Assembly: GCA_045588675.1 (NCBI GenBank)
Contig: JAZNER010000004.1
Location: 12,498-76,497 of the forward strand
DNA from: Eubacteriales bacterium
GTDB lineage: Bacteria > Bacillota > Clostridia > Oscillospirales > CAG-272
DNA: 64,000 bases
Direction of reading: 5' to 3'
Of the stretch, positions 1 through 10,425 are shown one piece after another. The position numbers and the translations under genes were made by a program. Below the pieces are notes generated by a model. It had not been told where the DNA came from and ran no database searches. It saw only the letters and a list, made by a program, of their open reading frames with translations. Position 1 is the first letter of the stretch. Each line of letters begins with the position of its first letter.

Positions 1-1762
1 ATTGGAGCATTATGTTGAGATTGTCTGTTCCCGCTTCTCCCCTGCGGGACGGGGTAATTACTTGAATTTGATTTACAGTGTCGGCGCCGTATTTTCTTGG
101 CAGTCTGTTTTTATAAAGGTCGGTGACGGTAAATGCAATTTCCTCGTCACTGTTTCTTGGCAAAAAGAAAAAGTCGTTATCCTTGACACGAAGCTCAGGA
201 AGCTCACCGTTATTTATGCGGTGGGCGTTTGTTATAATTAAGGATTGCCTTGCCTGTCTGAAAATTTCATTAAGCTTAATAGTCGCAAATCTGCCCGAGC
301 CAATAATATCGCGCAGAACATTTCCCGCTCCCACGCTTGGAAGCTGGTCGGCATCACCTATCAGAATAACTCTCGCGCCGGGCTTTACGGCCTTTAAGAG
401 AGAAGCCATAAGTATATTGTCAATCATTGACGATTCGTCGATAATGATTACATTTTCGTCAAGAAAATCTGTTTCGTTCCGTCTGAACCCCGAGCGCTCT
501 CCGTTTTCGCTTGAGTATTCAAATTCAAGCAAGCGGTGGATTGTTTTTGCCTCGTAAGAGGTCGTTTCTGAAAGTCTTTTCGCGGCGCGTCCTGTCGGGG
601 CGGCAAGCGCAACCTTCATATCCATGCTTCTGAAAATATCAAGCAAGGCGCGCACTATTGTCGTTTTACCCGTTCCGGGACCTCCCGTCAGTATCATAAC
701 GCCATTTTCAAGTGCGTCAACGATTGCCTTTTTTTGCAAAAACGCGTAGCTGAAGCCTACCTTTCTTTCTTCGTTTTCAATGAAAATTTTGGCGTCGGCG
801 GTGCTTACTGCTGGGCAAAGCTTGTTAATCAGGTCAAGCTTTTCGGCAATATAGCACTCACAGTCGTAATAATAGCGGTCATAAAGAAAGACAGTGTCCT
901 CAAAACGCGAATATTTGAGCTTCTGTGCCGCCAGCATTTCGTCAATCGCGCGGTCAACACTCTCACCGTCCGCGCCAAGCAGACTTGAAGCAGAGAGCAC
1001 AAGCTTGTCCCGAGGCAAGCAAACGTGGCCGTTTTGAGATGCATTGTGTTTGAGCACATGAGCTATTCCGCTATGAAGCCTTGCGCTTGAATTTTTTTCA
1101 AGTCCCAATTTCATAGCCATACTGTCGGCTCGCTCAAAGCCAATACCGTCTATCTCGTCGCAAAGCCTATAAGGATTTGCCTTGGCAATGTCTATTGCGG
1201 CAGAGCCCCACCGCTTGTATATCTTAACCGTTACGGTTGCGCCGAAATAATCCCTGAAAAAGAGCATTGCCGAGCGAATACCGACCTTCGCCTTGAAATC
1301 CTCGCATATTTGCTTTGCTTTTTTCAGGCTGATGCCCTGTATGTCGGACAACCAATCGGGATGGTTTTCAAGAACTTCGAGAGTTTCGTCGCCAAATGCC
1401 TCAACGATTTTTATGGCGGTCTTTTTGCCAATTCCCTTGATTGCTCCCGACGACAAATAGCGCAAAATCGCGCTGGCGTTTGCGGGCATATACCTTTCAT
1501 ATTCCGACACGGCAAACTGTCTGCCGTATTTTGGGTTGTGCTTCCACTCGCCATAAACTATCAATGAATCGCCCTCGCCGACATAAGGCATAATGCCCGT
1601 AATTGTCACAAGGTCGTCGTCATCGGTTCCCATATCAGCGACAAGGTAGCCGTTTTCTTCGTTTGCATATATTACCTGCTCTACGCTTCCCGACAGCTTG
1701 ATAAGTCCCGTTAGGTCGTCTGGGAGAAGGTCGCCGAGCAAATCTCTGCTTTGTTCTGTCAT
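1..1762 (-). CDS. recD2: RecD2-like SF1 DNA helicase (3' end runs off the window)
   Basis: Absent from the ORF track because there is no stop inside the window. My translation from ATG 1762 gives MTEQSRDLLGDLLPDD..., GAIKGIGKKTA (helix-hairpin-helix), Walker A ILTGGPGTGKTT (~665-700) and IKLNEIFRQARQS (~242-280), all in one frame. Confidence 0.8.
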   Translation of the reverse strand, partial: MTEQSRDLLGDLLPDDLTGLIKLSGSVEQVIYANEENGYLVADMGTDDDDLVTITGIMPYVGEGDSLIVYGEWKHNPKYGRQFAVSEYERYMPANASAILRYLSSGAIKGIGKKTAIKIVEAFGDETLEVLENHPDWLSDIQGISLKKAKQICEDFKAKVGIRSAMLFFRDYFGATVTVKIYKRWGSAAIDIAKANPYRLCDEIDGIGFERADSMAMKLGLEKNSSARLHSGIAHVLKHNASQNGHVCLPRDKLVLSASSLLGADGESVDRAIDEMLAAQKLKYSRFEDTVFLYDRYYYDCECYIAEKLDLINKLCPAVSTADAKIFIENEERKVGFSYAFLQKKAIVDALENGVMILTGGPGTGKTTIVRALLDIFRSMDMKVALAAPTGRAAKRLSETTSYEAKTIHRLLEFEYSSENGERSGFRRNETDFLDENVIIIDESSMIDNILMASLLKAVKPGARVILIGDADQLPSVGAGNVLRDIIGSGRFATIKLNEIFRQARQSLIITNAHRINNGELPELRVKDNDFFFLPRNSDEEIAFTVTDLYKNRLPRKYGADTVNQIQVITPSRRGEAGTDNLNIMLQ

Positions 1763-2091
1763 AGACTATCCTTGCCTTTCTGATAATTTGCTTTGTCAAC
1801 GCCGAAAATCTCGGCACCAAAGCTGTTTGCTGTTTCTAAAACCAATTGTTTTTCTTCTTCTTCGAGCTCTGTATCGACCACGACCAAGAGACGACGGCTC
1901 CTGGCGGCAAAAAGCGAAAGACTTGCTTCCCCAAGCAAAAGGTCAAGATTATCCAAATCCTGCCGCTCACGGATTACAACCGCCGCCGATATTTCGCGCG
2001 AGGCTAAAAAATAGCTCGAAATTGTTTTGAGTAGAAAGTAAAATCCAAAAACCGCCAAGGCAGAAGCGCAAATCTGTAAAAACAAAAGCAT
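1759..2091 (-). CDS. hypothetical small protein with N-terminal hydrophobic helix
   Basis: 110-aa ORF. Its stop overlaps the recD2 start (ATGA). N-terminus ALAVFGFYFLL is hydrophobic. No family recognised. Confidence 0.4.
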   Translation of the reverse strand: MLLFLQICASALAVFGFYFLLKTISSYFLASREISAAVVIRERQDLDNLDLLLGEASLSLFAARSRRLLVVVDTELEEEEKQLVLETANSFGAEIFGVDKANYQKGKDSL

Positions 2092-2284
2092 AAGTTACCT
2101 CAAAAAGAAGTTTTATATAAGCCTATGCAGGTTTTTGAGTTTTTGTTAAATGCCTTGGCGGTTTCCAGATCGATTTTTTAAATCAATTCTGCCATATTAA
2201 TTCTACTAAACCTATTATACGAAATCGGTTTCACTAAACCAAATTTACTAAATCAATTGTACTAGATCAACGATATGAGCTACC

Positions 2285-3466
2285 TTATAGGCAAGCATTT
2301 TTGAGTTTTTCGGCGAGGTCGCGTCTTTCCCAAGGCGCGTCGAGGTCCTCTCTGCCCATATGTCCGTACGCCGCAAGGTCGCAATAAATAGGACGGCGAA
2401 GGTCAAAGTCGCGGATAATTGCCGCAGGACGAAGGTCAACAAGAGATAGAACCGCCTCAGAGATTTTTGCCTCGTCAACAGTTGCGGTGCCGAAGGTGTC
2501 GATCATAACAGACACGGGGCGCGCAACGCCAATAGCGTATGCCACCTGCACCTCACACTTTTTAGCAAGACCTGCCGCCACGACATTTTTGGCGATATAT
2601 CTTGCGGCGTATGAAGCCGAGCGGTCAACCTTAGTCGGGTCCTTGCCTGAAAAAGCTCCGCCGCCGTGACGCGCGTATCCGCCGTATGTGTCAACGATGA
2701 TCTTTCTTCCCGTAAGACCTGTGTCACCTGCAGGACCGCCGATTACAAAACGACCCGTGGGGTTTACATAGATCTTTGTGTCCTCGTCCATAAGAGATGC
2801 AGGAACGATTGGAAGAATTACATTTTTGATTATATCTTCTCTGATTTGCTCAAGTGTTACCTGGTCGCTGTGCTGAGAGGAAATTACAACCGTGTCAACT
2901 CTCACAGGAGTGTCGTCGTGATATTCAACGGTAACCTGAGTTTTTCCATCGGGGCGGAGATAGTCAAGCGTGCCGTTCTTTCTTGCCTCGGTAAGCTTTT
3001 TTGCAAGCTTGTGGGAGAGAGAGATCGGCAAGGGCATAAGCTCCTCGGTTTCATCACAAGCAAAGCCGAACATAAGACCTTGGTCGCCTGCTCCCGTGTC
3101 AAGACCGTCCTGATCCTCACCCGCTTTCGCCTCAAAGGATTTGTCAACTCCCATAGCTATGTCGGGAGATTGCTCGTGGATTGAGCTGATAACCGCGCAA
3201 GAATCACAGTCAAAGCCGAATTTAGCTCTTGTATAGCCTATATCGCGAACAGTTTTGCGCACTATTGACTGAATATCAACATAAGCCTCAGTCGTGATTT
3301 CTCCCATTACGGAAACAAGACCGGTTGTGCAGAAGGTTTCGCAAGCAACGCGAGCCGTAGGGTCTTGGCGCAAAATTTCGTCAAGTATAGCATCTGAAAT
3401 TTTATCGCTTATTTTGTCGGGATGTCCTTCGGTCACCGACTCTGATGTAAATAACACTTTTTTCAC
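2285..3466 (-). CDS. metK: S-adenosylmethionine synthetase
   Basis: 393 aa: [21 protein letters not shown]..., [28 protein letters not shown]. Preceded by a SAM-I riboswitch. Confidence 0.97.
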   Translation of the reverse strand: MKKVLFTSESVTEGHPDKISDKISDAILDEILRQDPTARVACETFCTTGLVSVMGEITTEAYVDIQSIVRKTVRDIGYTRAKFGFDCDSCAVISSIHEQSPDIAMGVDKSFEAKAGEDQDGLDTGAGDQGLMFGFACDETEELMPLPISLSHKLAKKLTEARKNGTLDYLRPDGKTQVTVEYHDDTPVRVDTVVISSQHSDQVTLEQIREDIIKNVILPIVPASLMDEDTKIYVNPTGRFVIGGPAGDTGLTGRKIIVDTYGGYARHGGGAFSGKDPTKVDRSASYAARYIAKNVVAAGLAKKCEVQVAYAIGVARPVSVMIDTFGTATVDEAKISEAVLSLVDLRPAAIIRDFDLRRPIYCDLAAYGHMGREDLDAPWERRDLAEKLKNACL

Positions 3467-3577
3467 TTTTTTAATGCCTTTCTTTTATATATAGGTAATT
3501 TTAAACTGATTTTGGAAAGCTTTTTGGCTTATAAATAATCCTGCAAAGCAAGCCTTTTTATTTTTCAAAAAGCAGAG

Positions 3578-3702
3578 ATAAAAAACAAAGCCCCGTGCCA
3601 GACGGAGCTTGTTCTCTCATCTGATAGGAATTAGCACCTTACAAAAAGCAGGTTGCCGTGACTTCACAGGGCCTGTCCCTCCGCCACTCTTGATAAGATA
3701 TA
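3578..3702 (-). promoter_or_regulatory. SAM-I (S-box) riboswitch with intrinsic terminator
   Basis: The minus strand reads CTTATCAAGAGTGGCGGAGGGACAGGCCCTGTGAAGTCACGGCAACC...GGTGCTAATTCCTATCAGATGAGAGAACAAG. This is followed by the hairpin AAGCTCCGT-CTGGC-ACGGGGCTT and TGTTTTTT. It lies in the metK leader. Confidence 0.9.
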
Positions 3703-3776
3703 TATTAGGTTTTATTATCGCATAGAAAATTATATCACAAAATAATACAAAAGTCAATAGATGTTGCCCTGTTTTT

Positions 3777-4613
3777 CTAATTTTCCTTAATTTTGGCGCA
3801 AGCCTTAGTAAAGAAGAAGGAAGCAACGGCGCCGCCGACAACAGAAAGCAAATAAATTACAATATTTACAAACGATGTGTCAAAGGACGGCAAAATCATA
3901 ACTGTGGTTGCCACGACGAAGCCGAGAACACAATGCGACATAATTGAATGAAATTTAGAGAAAAGGAAGCTCATAAGCCTTGAACAAAGCAAAAGCGTTG
4001 CAAGCATAGCAATTCCAAGCGGTAAAATTACCGAGAGATCAAGCCTTGAAATGCCCTCGCTCATCTTTTCGTAAATACCGAAGAACAAAAGCAAGGTTGA
4101 CGAGCTAAATCCCGGAATTATGAAGCTAAGTCCCCACAAAAATCCGCAAAGAAGAAACCCTACAAAATTAGGTTCAATTGTAATTTGCCAAGTGTTTTTC
4201 AAGAGATAAAAAATCGCGGAAATTGCAATAAAGCTTAAAGCCATTGCAAAAATTGAAGCCTTGCTTCTTCCCCTCTTGCCCGCGTCGTGCCAAATTTCAG
4301 GAAGAGTTCCCATAATAAGTCCTACAAAAACACATAGCACCACGCTCTCGTTGAGCGAAAGCAACCAAGCAATCACTCCCGAAAAGCCGACAAAGCCAAT
4401 AGCTCCGCCGAGCGCAAAAAAGCAAAGCTTGAACCAATGCTTTTTTATTGCTTTAAAAGGGCTTGACAAAACTTCAAGGATAGGGTCGTACATTCCAAAG
4501 GCATAGCACAATGTTCCTCCGCTGACACCGGGCAAAATCGCGCCGATACCAACCACGAAGCCTTGAATTATCCACAGAAATATTTGCACGACCTTATTTT
4601 TCTTGTTATCCAT
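3777..4613 (-). CDS. DUF368 family membrane protein (family recently linked to undecaprenyl-phosphate translocation)
   Basis: 278 aa, polytopic. GIGAILPGVSGGTLCYAFGMY matches the DUF368 signature. Confidence 0.75.
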   Translation of the reverse strand: MDNKKNKVVQIFLWIIQGFVVGIGAILPGVSGGTLCYAFGMYDPILEVLSSPFKAIKKHWFKLCFFALGGAIGFVGFSGVIAWLLSLNESVVLCVFVGLIMGTLPEIWHDAGKRGRSKASIFAMALSFIAISAIFYLLKNTWQITIEPNFVGFLLCGFLWGLSFIIPGFSSSTLLLFFGIYEKMSEGISRLDLSVILPLGIAMLATLLLCSRLMSFLFSKFHSIMSHCVLGFVVATTVMILPSFDTSFVNIVIYLLSVVGGAVASFFFTKACAKIKEN

Positions 4614-4637
4614 TTTAAAATTCTAAAACCTTTCTTG

Positions 4638-5252
4638 TTATTTGTGAAGAATTTTAGATACTCTTTTATATATAGGCAGTACAAGCAGAGAGCAAACCAC
4701 GCCTTTAAAAAGGTTAAAGGGTGCTACCGCAAGCGCTACAAATGTTTTCAAATCTTTAATTAAGTTGTTTTTATCCGCTCCCATTGAAATAATGGCTTCA
4801 AGAGGTAGCTTATATAACTTTGAGAAAGCGGGAATAATGAAAAAGTAGTTGAGAAGCGAGCCGATCACCGCAAGACTGAGTGTTCCTGCTACCATTCCTA
4901 AGATTGCTCCCCAAAAGGTCCTTTTGTATTTATAAACGATTGCCGCAGGCAAAATAAATGCGCAGCCTGTTATGAAATTGGCAAGCTCGCCGACAAAAGC
5001 GGTAGTTGTACCCGTCATCAACAAATTAAGTACATTTTTTAAAAATTCCATCAAAACACCCGCAAAAGGCCCCAATGCAAACGCGCCTATTAAAATCGGG
5101 ATCTCGGAAAAATCAAGCTCATAAAACGGGGGAGCAAACCAAAGCGGAAACTCAAAAAGCATAATAACCGCCGCAAGAGCCGACAAAATTGAAATTTTTA
5201 CGATATACTTGGTCTTTTCTGAATGTTTATTGTTTTTAATCTTGTTAGACAT
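4638..5252 (-). CDS. ribU: ECF-transporter S component, RibU-like riboflavin transporter
   Basis: Multi-TM protein. I place the start at the internal ATG 5252 (MSNKIKNN...), which follows an AAAGGGGA SD. An FMN riboswitch lies directly upstream. Confidence 0.7.
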   Translation of the reverse strand: MSNKIKNNKHSEKTKYIVKISILSALAAVIMLFEFPLWFAPPFYELDFSEIPILIGAFALGPFAGVLMEFLKNVLNLLMTGTTTAFVGELANFITGCAFILPAAIVYKYKRTFWGAILGMVAGTLSLAVIGSLLNYFFIIPAFSKLYKLPLEAIISMGADKNNLIKDLKTFVALAVAPFNLFKGVVCSLLVLPIYKRVSKILHK

Positions 5253-5254
5253 AA

Positions 5255-5510
5255 AAAAATCCCCTTTCGATTGGGGAAAAGACAAATATCTGTCGTCGCG
5301 CGCCGAAAATATCACTCGCGAGCTTTTCGTTGCGACAAGCAAAAATAAATTTATCTTTTCTCATCCGGACTTTAATTGCATCAGCAATTGAACCGTCGGT
5401 CAAGGAATTTCACCTTGTCGGCAAGAAAGCAAGCTATGCTTACTCTCCTGTTCGCAGACTTACCTTTGTGAAGGCTTACTGCCGGTATGGAATTACACCA
5501 ATCCCCAAAA
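5255..5510 (-). promoter_or_regulatory. FMN (RFN) riboswitch
   Basis: The minus strand reads GGGGATTGGTGTAATTCCATACCGGCAGTAAG...TCTGCGAAC...GACAAGGTGAAATTCCTTGACCGACGGT...TAAAGTCCGGATGAGAAAAGA. A TCCCC/GGGGA hairpin and a T-run overlap the SD. Confidence 0.85.
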
Positions 5511-5548
5511 ATAAATTATTTTAATTTAATATTAGTTTGATATTAGTC

Positions 5549-5572
5549 TGCCTGCACCCATGGGTGCAGGCA
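5549..5572 (-). terminator. perfect 24-nt palindrome downstream of tuf (putative terminator, weak U-tract)
   Basis: TGCCTGCACCCA/TGGGTGCAGGCA, 54 nt after the tuf stop. There is no clear T-run on the minus strand. Confidence 0.4.
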
Positions 5573-5625
5573 AACATTATTTGTGAATTAGAAATTCAGT
5601 TTAAGCTGTTAGTTTTAGCTGTTAA

Positions 5626-6831
5626 TTAGCCGAGAATTTCGGAAACTACGCCTGAACCAACTGTTCTACCACCCTCACGGATAGCGAAACGAAGACCCTT
5701 TTCACAAGCGATGGGCTTAATAAGCTCAACAGTCATATCAACGTTGTCGCCGGGGCGGCACATTTCAACGCCTGCGGGAAGCTCGATAACGCCTGTAACG
5801 TCAGTTGTTCTGAAGTAGAACTGAGGACGGTAACCAGCGAAGAAGGGCTTTGAACGTCCGCCTTCCTTCTCTGTAAGAACGTAAACCTGTCCTACAAACT
5901 TTGTGTGGGGGTTGATAGAGCCGGGCTTACAAAGAACCTGACCTCTTTCGATCTCGTCCTTAGCGATACCACGGAGAAGTGCACCGATGTTATCACCTGC
6001 TTCAGCCTGAGGAAGAAGCTTGTGGAACATTTCAACACCTGTAACTGTTGTCTGCTTCTTTTCATCAACAAGACCAACAACCTCGATAACATCACCAACC
6101 TTAACTGTACCTCTCTCAACTCTACCTGTAGCAACTGTACCACGGCCGGAGATAGAGAATACGTCCTCTACAGGCATAAGGAATGCGAGGTCGGACATTC
6201 TCTCGGGAGTAGGAATGTAAGAGTCAACTTCAGCCATGAGCTCAAGGATAGGAGCGTACTCGGGAGAGTTGATGTCTGTGCTTGTGGACTCAAGAGCGTC
6301 ACGAGCAGAACCGCGAACGATAGGAAGATCGTCGCCGGGGAAGTCGTAGGAAGAGAGAAGATCTCTGATTTCCATTTCAACGAGATCCAAAAGCTCATCG
6401 TCATCAACGAGATCCTTCTTGTTCATAAATACAACGATTGCAGGAACGCCAACCTGACGAGCGAGAAGCACGTGCTCACGTGTCTGCTGGAGAGGTCCGT
6501 CTGTAGCAGCAACAACAAGGATTGCGCCGTCCATCTGAGCTGCACCTGTAATCATGTTCTTTACATAGTCAGCGTGGCCGGGGCAGTCAACGTGAGCGTA
6601 GTGACGGTTATCTGTCTCGTACTCAACGTGTCTTGTGTTGATTGTGATACCTCTTGCTCTCTCTTCGGGAGCGTTGTCGATCTGGTCGTATGCCATAAAT
6701 TCAACCTTACCGTTTGCAAGACCGAGTGTCTTTGTGATAGCAGCTGTAAGAGTTGTTTTACCATGGTCAACGTGACCGATGGTACCAATGTTAACGTGGG
6801 GCTTTGAACGTTCAAATGTAGCCTTTGCCAT
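5626..6831 (-). CDS. tuf: elongation factor Tu
   Basis: 401 aa: [28 protein letters not shown]..., DCPGHADY. Confidence 0.98.
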   Translation of the reverse strand: MAKATFERSKPHVNIGTIGHVDHGKTTLTAAITKTLGLANGKVEFMAYDQIDNAPEERARGITINTRHVEYETDNRHYAHVDCPGHADYVKNMITGAAQMDGAILVVAATDGPLQQTREHVLLARQVGVPAIVVFMNKKDLVDDDELLDLVEMEIRDLLSSYDFPGDDLPIVRGSARDALESTSTDINSPEYAPILELMAEVDSYIPTPERMSDLAFLMPVEDVFSISGRGTVATGRVERGTVKVGDVIEVVGLVDEKKQTTVTGVEMFHKLLPQAEAGDNIGALLRGIAKDEIERGQVLCKPGSINPHTKFVGQVYVLTEKEGGRSKPFFAGYRPQFYFRTTDVTGVIELPAGVEMCRPGDNVDMTVELIKPIACEKGLRFAIREGGRTVGSGVVSEILG

Positions 6832-6897
6832 TTTAAAATCCTCCGTATAATGTTATTTTAATTTAAATTTTTGTTTTTTTATAGAGCCGAACTATAA

Positions 6898-9021
6898 TTA
6901 TTTATTAGTAGCTCTTGCCTTAACGATTTCTTCCTGAATGGACTTAGGCACTTGCTCGAAGTGGCTGGGTTCCATTGAGTAAAGACCGCGTCCCTGTGTT
7001 TTTGAACGCAAGTCGGTAGCATAACCGAACATTTCGGAAAGCGGAACGAACGCAAGGATTTCCTGTGCACCGTTTGTTGCTTCCATCTTCTGAATCTGTC
7101 CACGACGGGAGTTAAAGTCACCAATAACATCACCCATATAGTCGTCGGGAACTATAGTTGTAACCTTCATCATAGGCTCTGTCAAAACAGGGTCAGCCTT
7201 TCTCATAGCTTCCTTAATTGCCATTGAACCTGCAATCTTGAACGCCATTTCAGAGGAGTCAACCTCGTGGTAAGAACCGTCGTAAAGTGTTACCTTAATA
7301 TCAACTACGTTGTAGCCTGCAAGAACACCGGACTGAAGAGCGCCCTGAATACCTGCGTCAACAGCGGGAATGTATTCCTTAGGAATAGCACCGCCCTTAA
7401 CAGCGTCGATAAATTCATAGCCCTTACCTGCTTCGTTAGGCTCAACTGTAATCTTAACGTGACCGTACTGACCTGAACCGCCGGACTGACGCTTGTACTT
7501 ACAATCCTCGTCAACCTTCTTACGGATTGTTTCCTTGTAAGCAACCTGAGGCTTACCGATGTTAGCTTCTACCTTAAATTCACGGAGAAGTCTGTCAACG
7601 ATAATTTCAAGGTGGAGCTCACCCATACCTGCAATGATTGTCTGTCCTGTTTCTTCATCAGTATAAGTTCTGAATGTCGGGTCTTCCTCTGCGAGCTTAG
7701 CAAGAGCAATACCCATCTTTTCCTGACCTGCGCGAGTCTTAGGCTCAATTGCAACACGGATAACAGGCTCCGGGAATTCCATAGACTCAAGTATTACAGG
7801 ATCCTTTTCATCACAGAAGGTATCACCGGTAGAAGTGTTCTTTGTACCGATAACCGCTGCGATATCTCCGCTGTAAACCTCGTCAATATCAGATCTGTCA
7901 TTTGCGTGCATCTGCAAGATACGACCAAGTCTTTCCTTCTTACCCTTTGTAGAGTTAAGAACTGTCTCGCCTGCGTTCAAGTGACCTGAATATACGCGGA
8001 AGAAGCAAAGCTTTCCTACGAATGGGTCAGTTGCAATCTTAAATGCGAGAGCGGAGAAAGGTGCGCTATCATCAGAAGGTCTTTCGCACTCTTCGCCTGT
8101 GTTAACGTCAACGCCCTTGATAGCGGGAACGTCAAGAGGAGAAGGCATATAGTCAACAATAGCGTCGAGAAGCTTCTGAACGCCCTTGTTTCTGTAAGAG
8201 GAACCGCAAACTACGGGAACCATAAGGTTATCAATAGTAGCCTTACGGATAGCAGCCTTCAATTCTTCTTTGGTGATTTCTTCTTCCATAAGGAACTTTT
8301 CCATAAGCTCCTCATTAACAGTAGCAGCTTCTTCTATAAGCTTTGCTCTGTATTCTTCTGCGAGCTCGAGCATATCCTCAGGGATATCCTCTTCTCTCAT
8401 ATCCTTACCGAGCTCATCGTAATAAACCTCAGCCTTCATTTCAATAAGGTCAACGATACCCTTGAAGGTCATTTCCTTACCGATAGGAAGCTGGATCGGA
8501 ACTGCATTAGCCTTAAGTCTGTCCTTCATCATATCAACAACACGATAGAAGTCAGCACCGGTAATGTCCATCTTATTTACATAAGCCATTCTCGGAACTT
8601 TGTACTTGTTAGCTTGTCTCCAGACTGTTTCGGACTGGGGCTCAACGCCGCCCTTTGCGCACAAAACTGTTACTGAACCGTCAAGTACACGGAGAGAACG
8701 CTCAACCTCAACTGTAAAGTCAACGTGACCGGGAGTATCGATGATGTTGATACGGTGGGTATTTGCCTTTACAGCCTCAGGATTGTTGTGGTAATCGGAA
8801 CGAGCCCAATAACAAGTGGTAGCCGCAGAAGTAATGGTAATACCTCTCTCCTGCTCCTGAACCATCCAGTCCATTGTTGCCGCACCCTCGTGAGTTTCAC
8901 CTATCTTGTGAGTTTTACCTGTGTAGAAAAGGATACGCTCAGATGTGGTTGTTTTACCGGCGTCAATGTGAGCCATAATTCCGATATTCCTTGTATGCTC
9001 AAGTGAATATTCTCTAGGCAT
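6898..9021 (-). CDS. fusA: elongation factor G
   Basis: 707 aa: [31 protein letters not shown]. Confidence 0.98.
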   Translation of the reverse strand: MPREYSLEHTRNIGIMAHIDAGKTTTSERILFYTGKTHKIGETHEGAATMDWMVQEQERGITITSAATTCYWARSDYHNNPEAVKANTHRINIIDTPGHVDFTVEVERSLRVLDGSVTVLCAKGGVEPQSETVWRQANKYKVPRMAYVNKMDITGADFYRVVDMMKDRLKANAVPIQLPIGKEMTFKGIVDLIEMKAEVYYDELGKDMREEDIPEDMLELAEEYRAKLIEEAATVNEELMEKFLMEEEITKEELKAAIRKATIDNLMVPVVCGSSYRNKGVQKLLDAIVDYMPSPLDVPAIKGVDVNTGEECERPSDDSAPFSALAFKIATDPFVGKLCFFRVYSGHLNAGETVLNSTKGKKERLGRILQMHANDRSDIDEVYSGDIAAVIGTKNTSTGDTFCDEKDPVILESMEFPEPVIRVAIEPKTRAGQEKMGIALAKLAEEDPTFRTYTDEETGQTIIAGMGELHLEIIVDRLLREFKVEANIGKPQVAYKETIRKKVDEDCKYKRQSGGSGQYGHVKITVEPNEAGKGYEFIDAVKGGAIPKEYIPAVDAGIQGALQSGVLAGYNVVDIKVTLYDGSYHEVDSSEMAFKIAGSMAIKEAMRKADPVLTEPMMKVTTIVPDDYMGDVIGDFNSRRGQIQKMEATNGAQEILAFVPLSEMFGYATDLRSKTQGRGLYSMEPSHFEQVPKSIQEEIVKARATNK

Positions 9022-9039
9022 TTAGTGTTCTCCTTGATA

Positions 9040-9510
9040 TTAATATCTGTAATGAGCAAAAGCCTTGTTTGCTTCTGCCATTCTGTGTGTTTCTTCTCTC
9101 TTCTTGAAAGCTCCGCCCATGCTGTTCTTTGCATCAAGAATTTCTGCTGCGAGCTTTTCTGCCATTGTGCGCTCACTGCGGTTTCTGGAATAAGAGATGA
9201 GCCAACGCAAAGCTAATGTTTGCTGACGCTCAGGTCTAACTTCCATAGGAACCTGGTAGGTTGAACCACCTACACGGCGAGCCTTAACCTCGAGTGCGGG
9301 CTTAAGGTTGTTAAGCGCTTCCTGGAATACTTCGATAGGGCTCTGACCAACCTTTTCTTCTATGATTGCGAATGCATCATAAACGATTGTTTGGGCAACA
9401 CCCTTTTTGCCATCATACATTACATTGTTGATAAGCTTTGTTACAAGCTTGGAACCGTACATAGGATCCGGCAATACGTCTCTTTTGGATATACGACCTC
9501 TTCTTGGCAC
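9040..9510 (-). CDS. rpsG: 30S ribosomal protein S7
   Basis: The sequence (V)[19 protein letters not shown]... is typical of S7. I place the start at GTG 9510, 6 nt after GAAGGAGGGA, rather than at the upstream ATG of the track ORF. Confidence 0.93.
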   Translation of the reverse strand: MPRRGRISKRDVLPDPMYGSKLVTKLINNVMYDGKKGVAQTIVYDAFAIIEEKVGQSPIEVFQEALNNLKPALEVKARRVGGSTYQVPMEVRPERQQTLALRWLISYSRNRSERTMAEKLAAEILDAKNSMGGAFKKREETHRMAEANKAFAHYRY

Positions 9511-9690
9511 TGTACTTCCCTCCTTCATCAAATTTATAAAATGAAATCATAGGTACTCAAAAGCAATACTTCTGTAGCGTGCGCCTTGTTAACATAAACA
9601 TTAAAATGGATAACAGGACAAGCTTAAATTGCTTTATTATTTACCTTTTTTGTGTCCGCTCAATCTACGCGGACCTCTTTTGCCGAAAAA

Positions 9691-10104
9691 TTACTTCTTC
9701 GGTCTCTTTGCGCCGTATTTGGAACGGCTCTGCTTACGGTTTGCTACACCCTGTGCATCGAGTGTACCACGAATGATGTGATAACGTACACCAGGCAGGT
9801 CACGTACTCTTCCGCCTCTGATAAGAACTACAGAGTGCTCCTGAAGGTTGTGGCCGATACCGGGAATGTAGGTTGTCGCCTCAAGTCCGTTTGTAAGTCT
9901 TACTCTGGCAATCTTACGGAGAGCTGAGTTAGGCTTCTTAGGGCTGGTTGTGGATACCTTTGTGCAAACGCCTCTTTTCTGAGGTGCAGACTGGTCTGTT
10001 GACTTGTTTGTAAGTGTGTTAAGGCCTACCTGAAGAACAGGAGCTTTTGACTTATAAGTCTTGTCTTGACGACCTTGTCTTACGAGCTGGTTAAAGGTTG
10101 GCAT
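9691..10104 (-). CDS. rpsL: 30S ribosomal protein S12
   Basis: 137 aa: [13 protein letters not shown]..., [11 protein letters not shown]. Confidence 0.98.
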   Translation of the reverse strand: MPTFNQLVRQGRQDKTYKSKAPVLQVGLNTLTNKSTDQSAPQKRGVCTKVSTTSPKKPNSALRKIARVRLTNGLEATTYIPGIGHNLQEHSVVLIRGGRVRDLPGVRYHIIRGTLDAQGVANRKQSRSKYGAKRPKK

Positions 10105-10222
10105 TCTTCCTGATTATCCTCCTTTTTTAAAGAATTTAATGTTTATATTTACAGACGCATCAAAGAGTATAATGCGTATCTGTTCTGATTTTTGGCGCAA
10201 TTCACCCATATTAGGCGCTCGC

Positions 10223-10251
10223 GCACCACTTTATTATATCATTGACAATAA
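10223..10251 (-). promoter_or_regulatory. consensus sigma-A promoter of the str operon
   Basis: The minus strand reads TTGACA-17 nt-TATAAT (-35 at 10246-10251, -10 at 10223-10228), upstream of rpsL. Confidence 0.7.
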
Positions 10252-10327
10252 AATTTGTCAAGTATCACATAAAATCATTCAAAATTTCTACTTTTTGCAC
10301 AAAAGAACATCAATTTTATTTTAATTA

Positions 10328-10377
10328 TTGTGAAATATCCCCTCGAAACACATCAAAATCAATGTACGAGGGGATAT
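10328..10377 (-). terminator. hairpin downstream of rpoC (putative terminator or attenuator)
   Basis: 11-bp arms ATATCCCCTCG / CGAGGGGATAT. The U-tract is weak. Confidence 0.45.
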
Positions 10378-10425
10378 ATTTGAAATTTTTGTTAATAAGC
10401 TTTGCTACCTATTAATGTGTCTGGC

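Noticed and set aside
2100-2284. Several TTTAGT(A/G) / ACTAAA(C/T)C motifs between metK and the recD2 operon.
   Set aside because: The motifs are short and degenerate in an AT-rich intergenic region. I could not distinguish them from background composition.
5905-6807. 300-aa plus-strand ORF antisense to tuf, and similar long ORFs antisense or alternate-frame to fusA, rpoC and rpoB (for example 12454-13032, 15327-15938, 16758-17465, 10470-10868).
   Set aside because: They lie entirely inside highly conserved genes and have Cys/Leu/Ser/Val-rich junk-like composition. I found no SD for them. They are shadow ORFs of strongly biased coding sequence.
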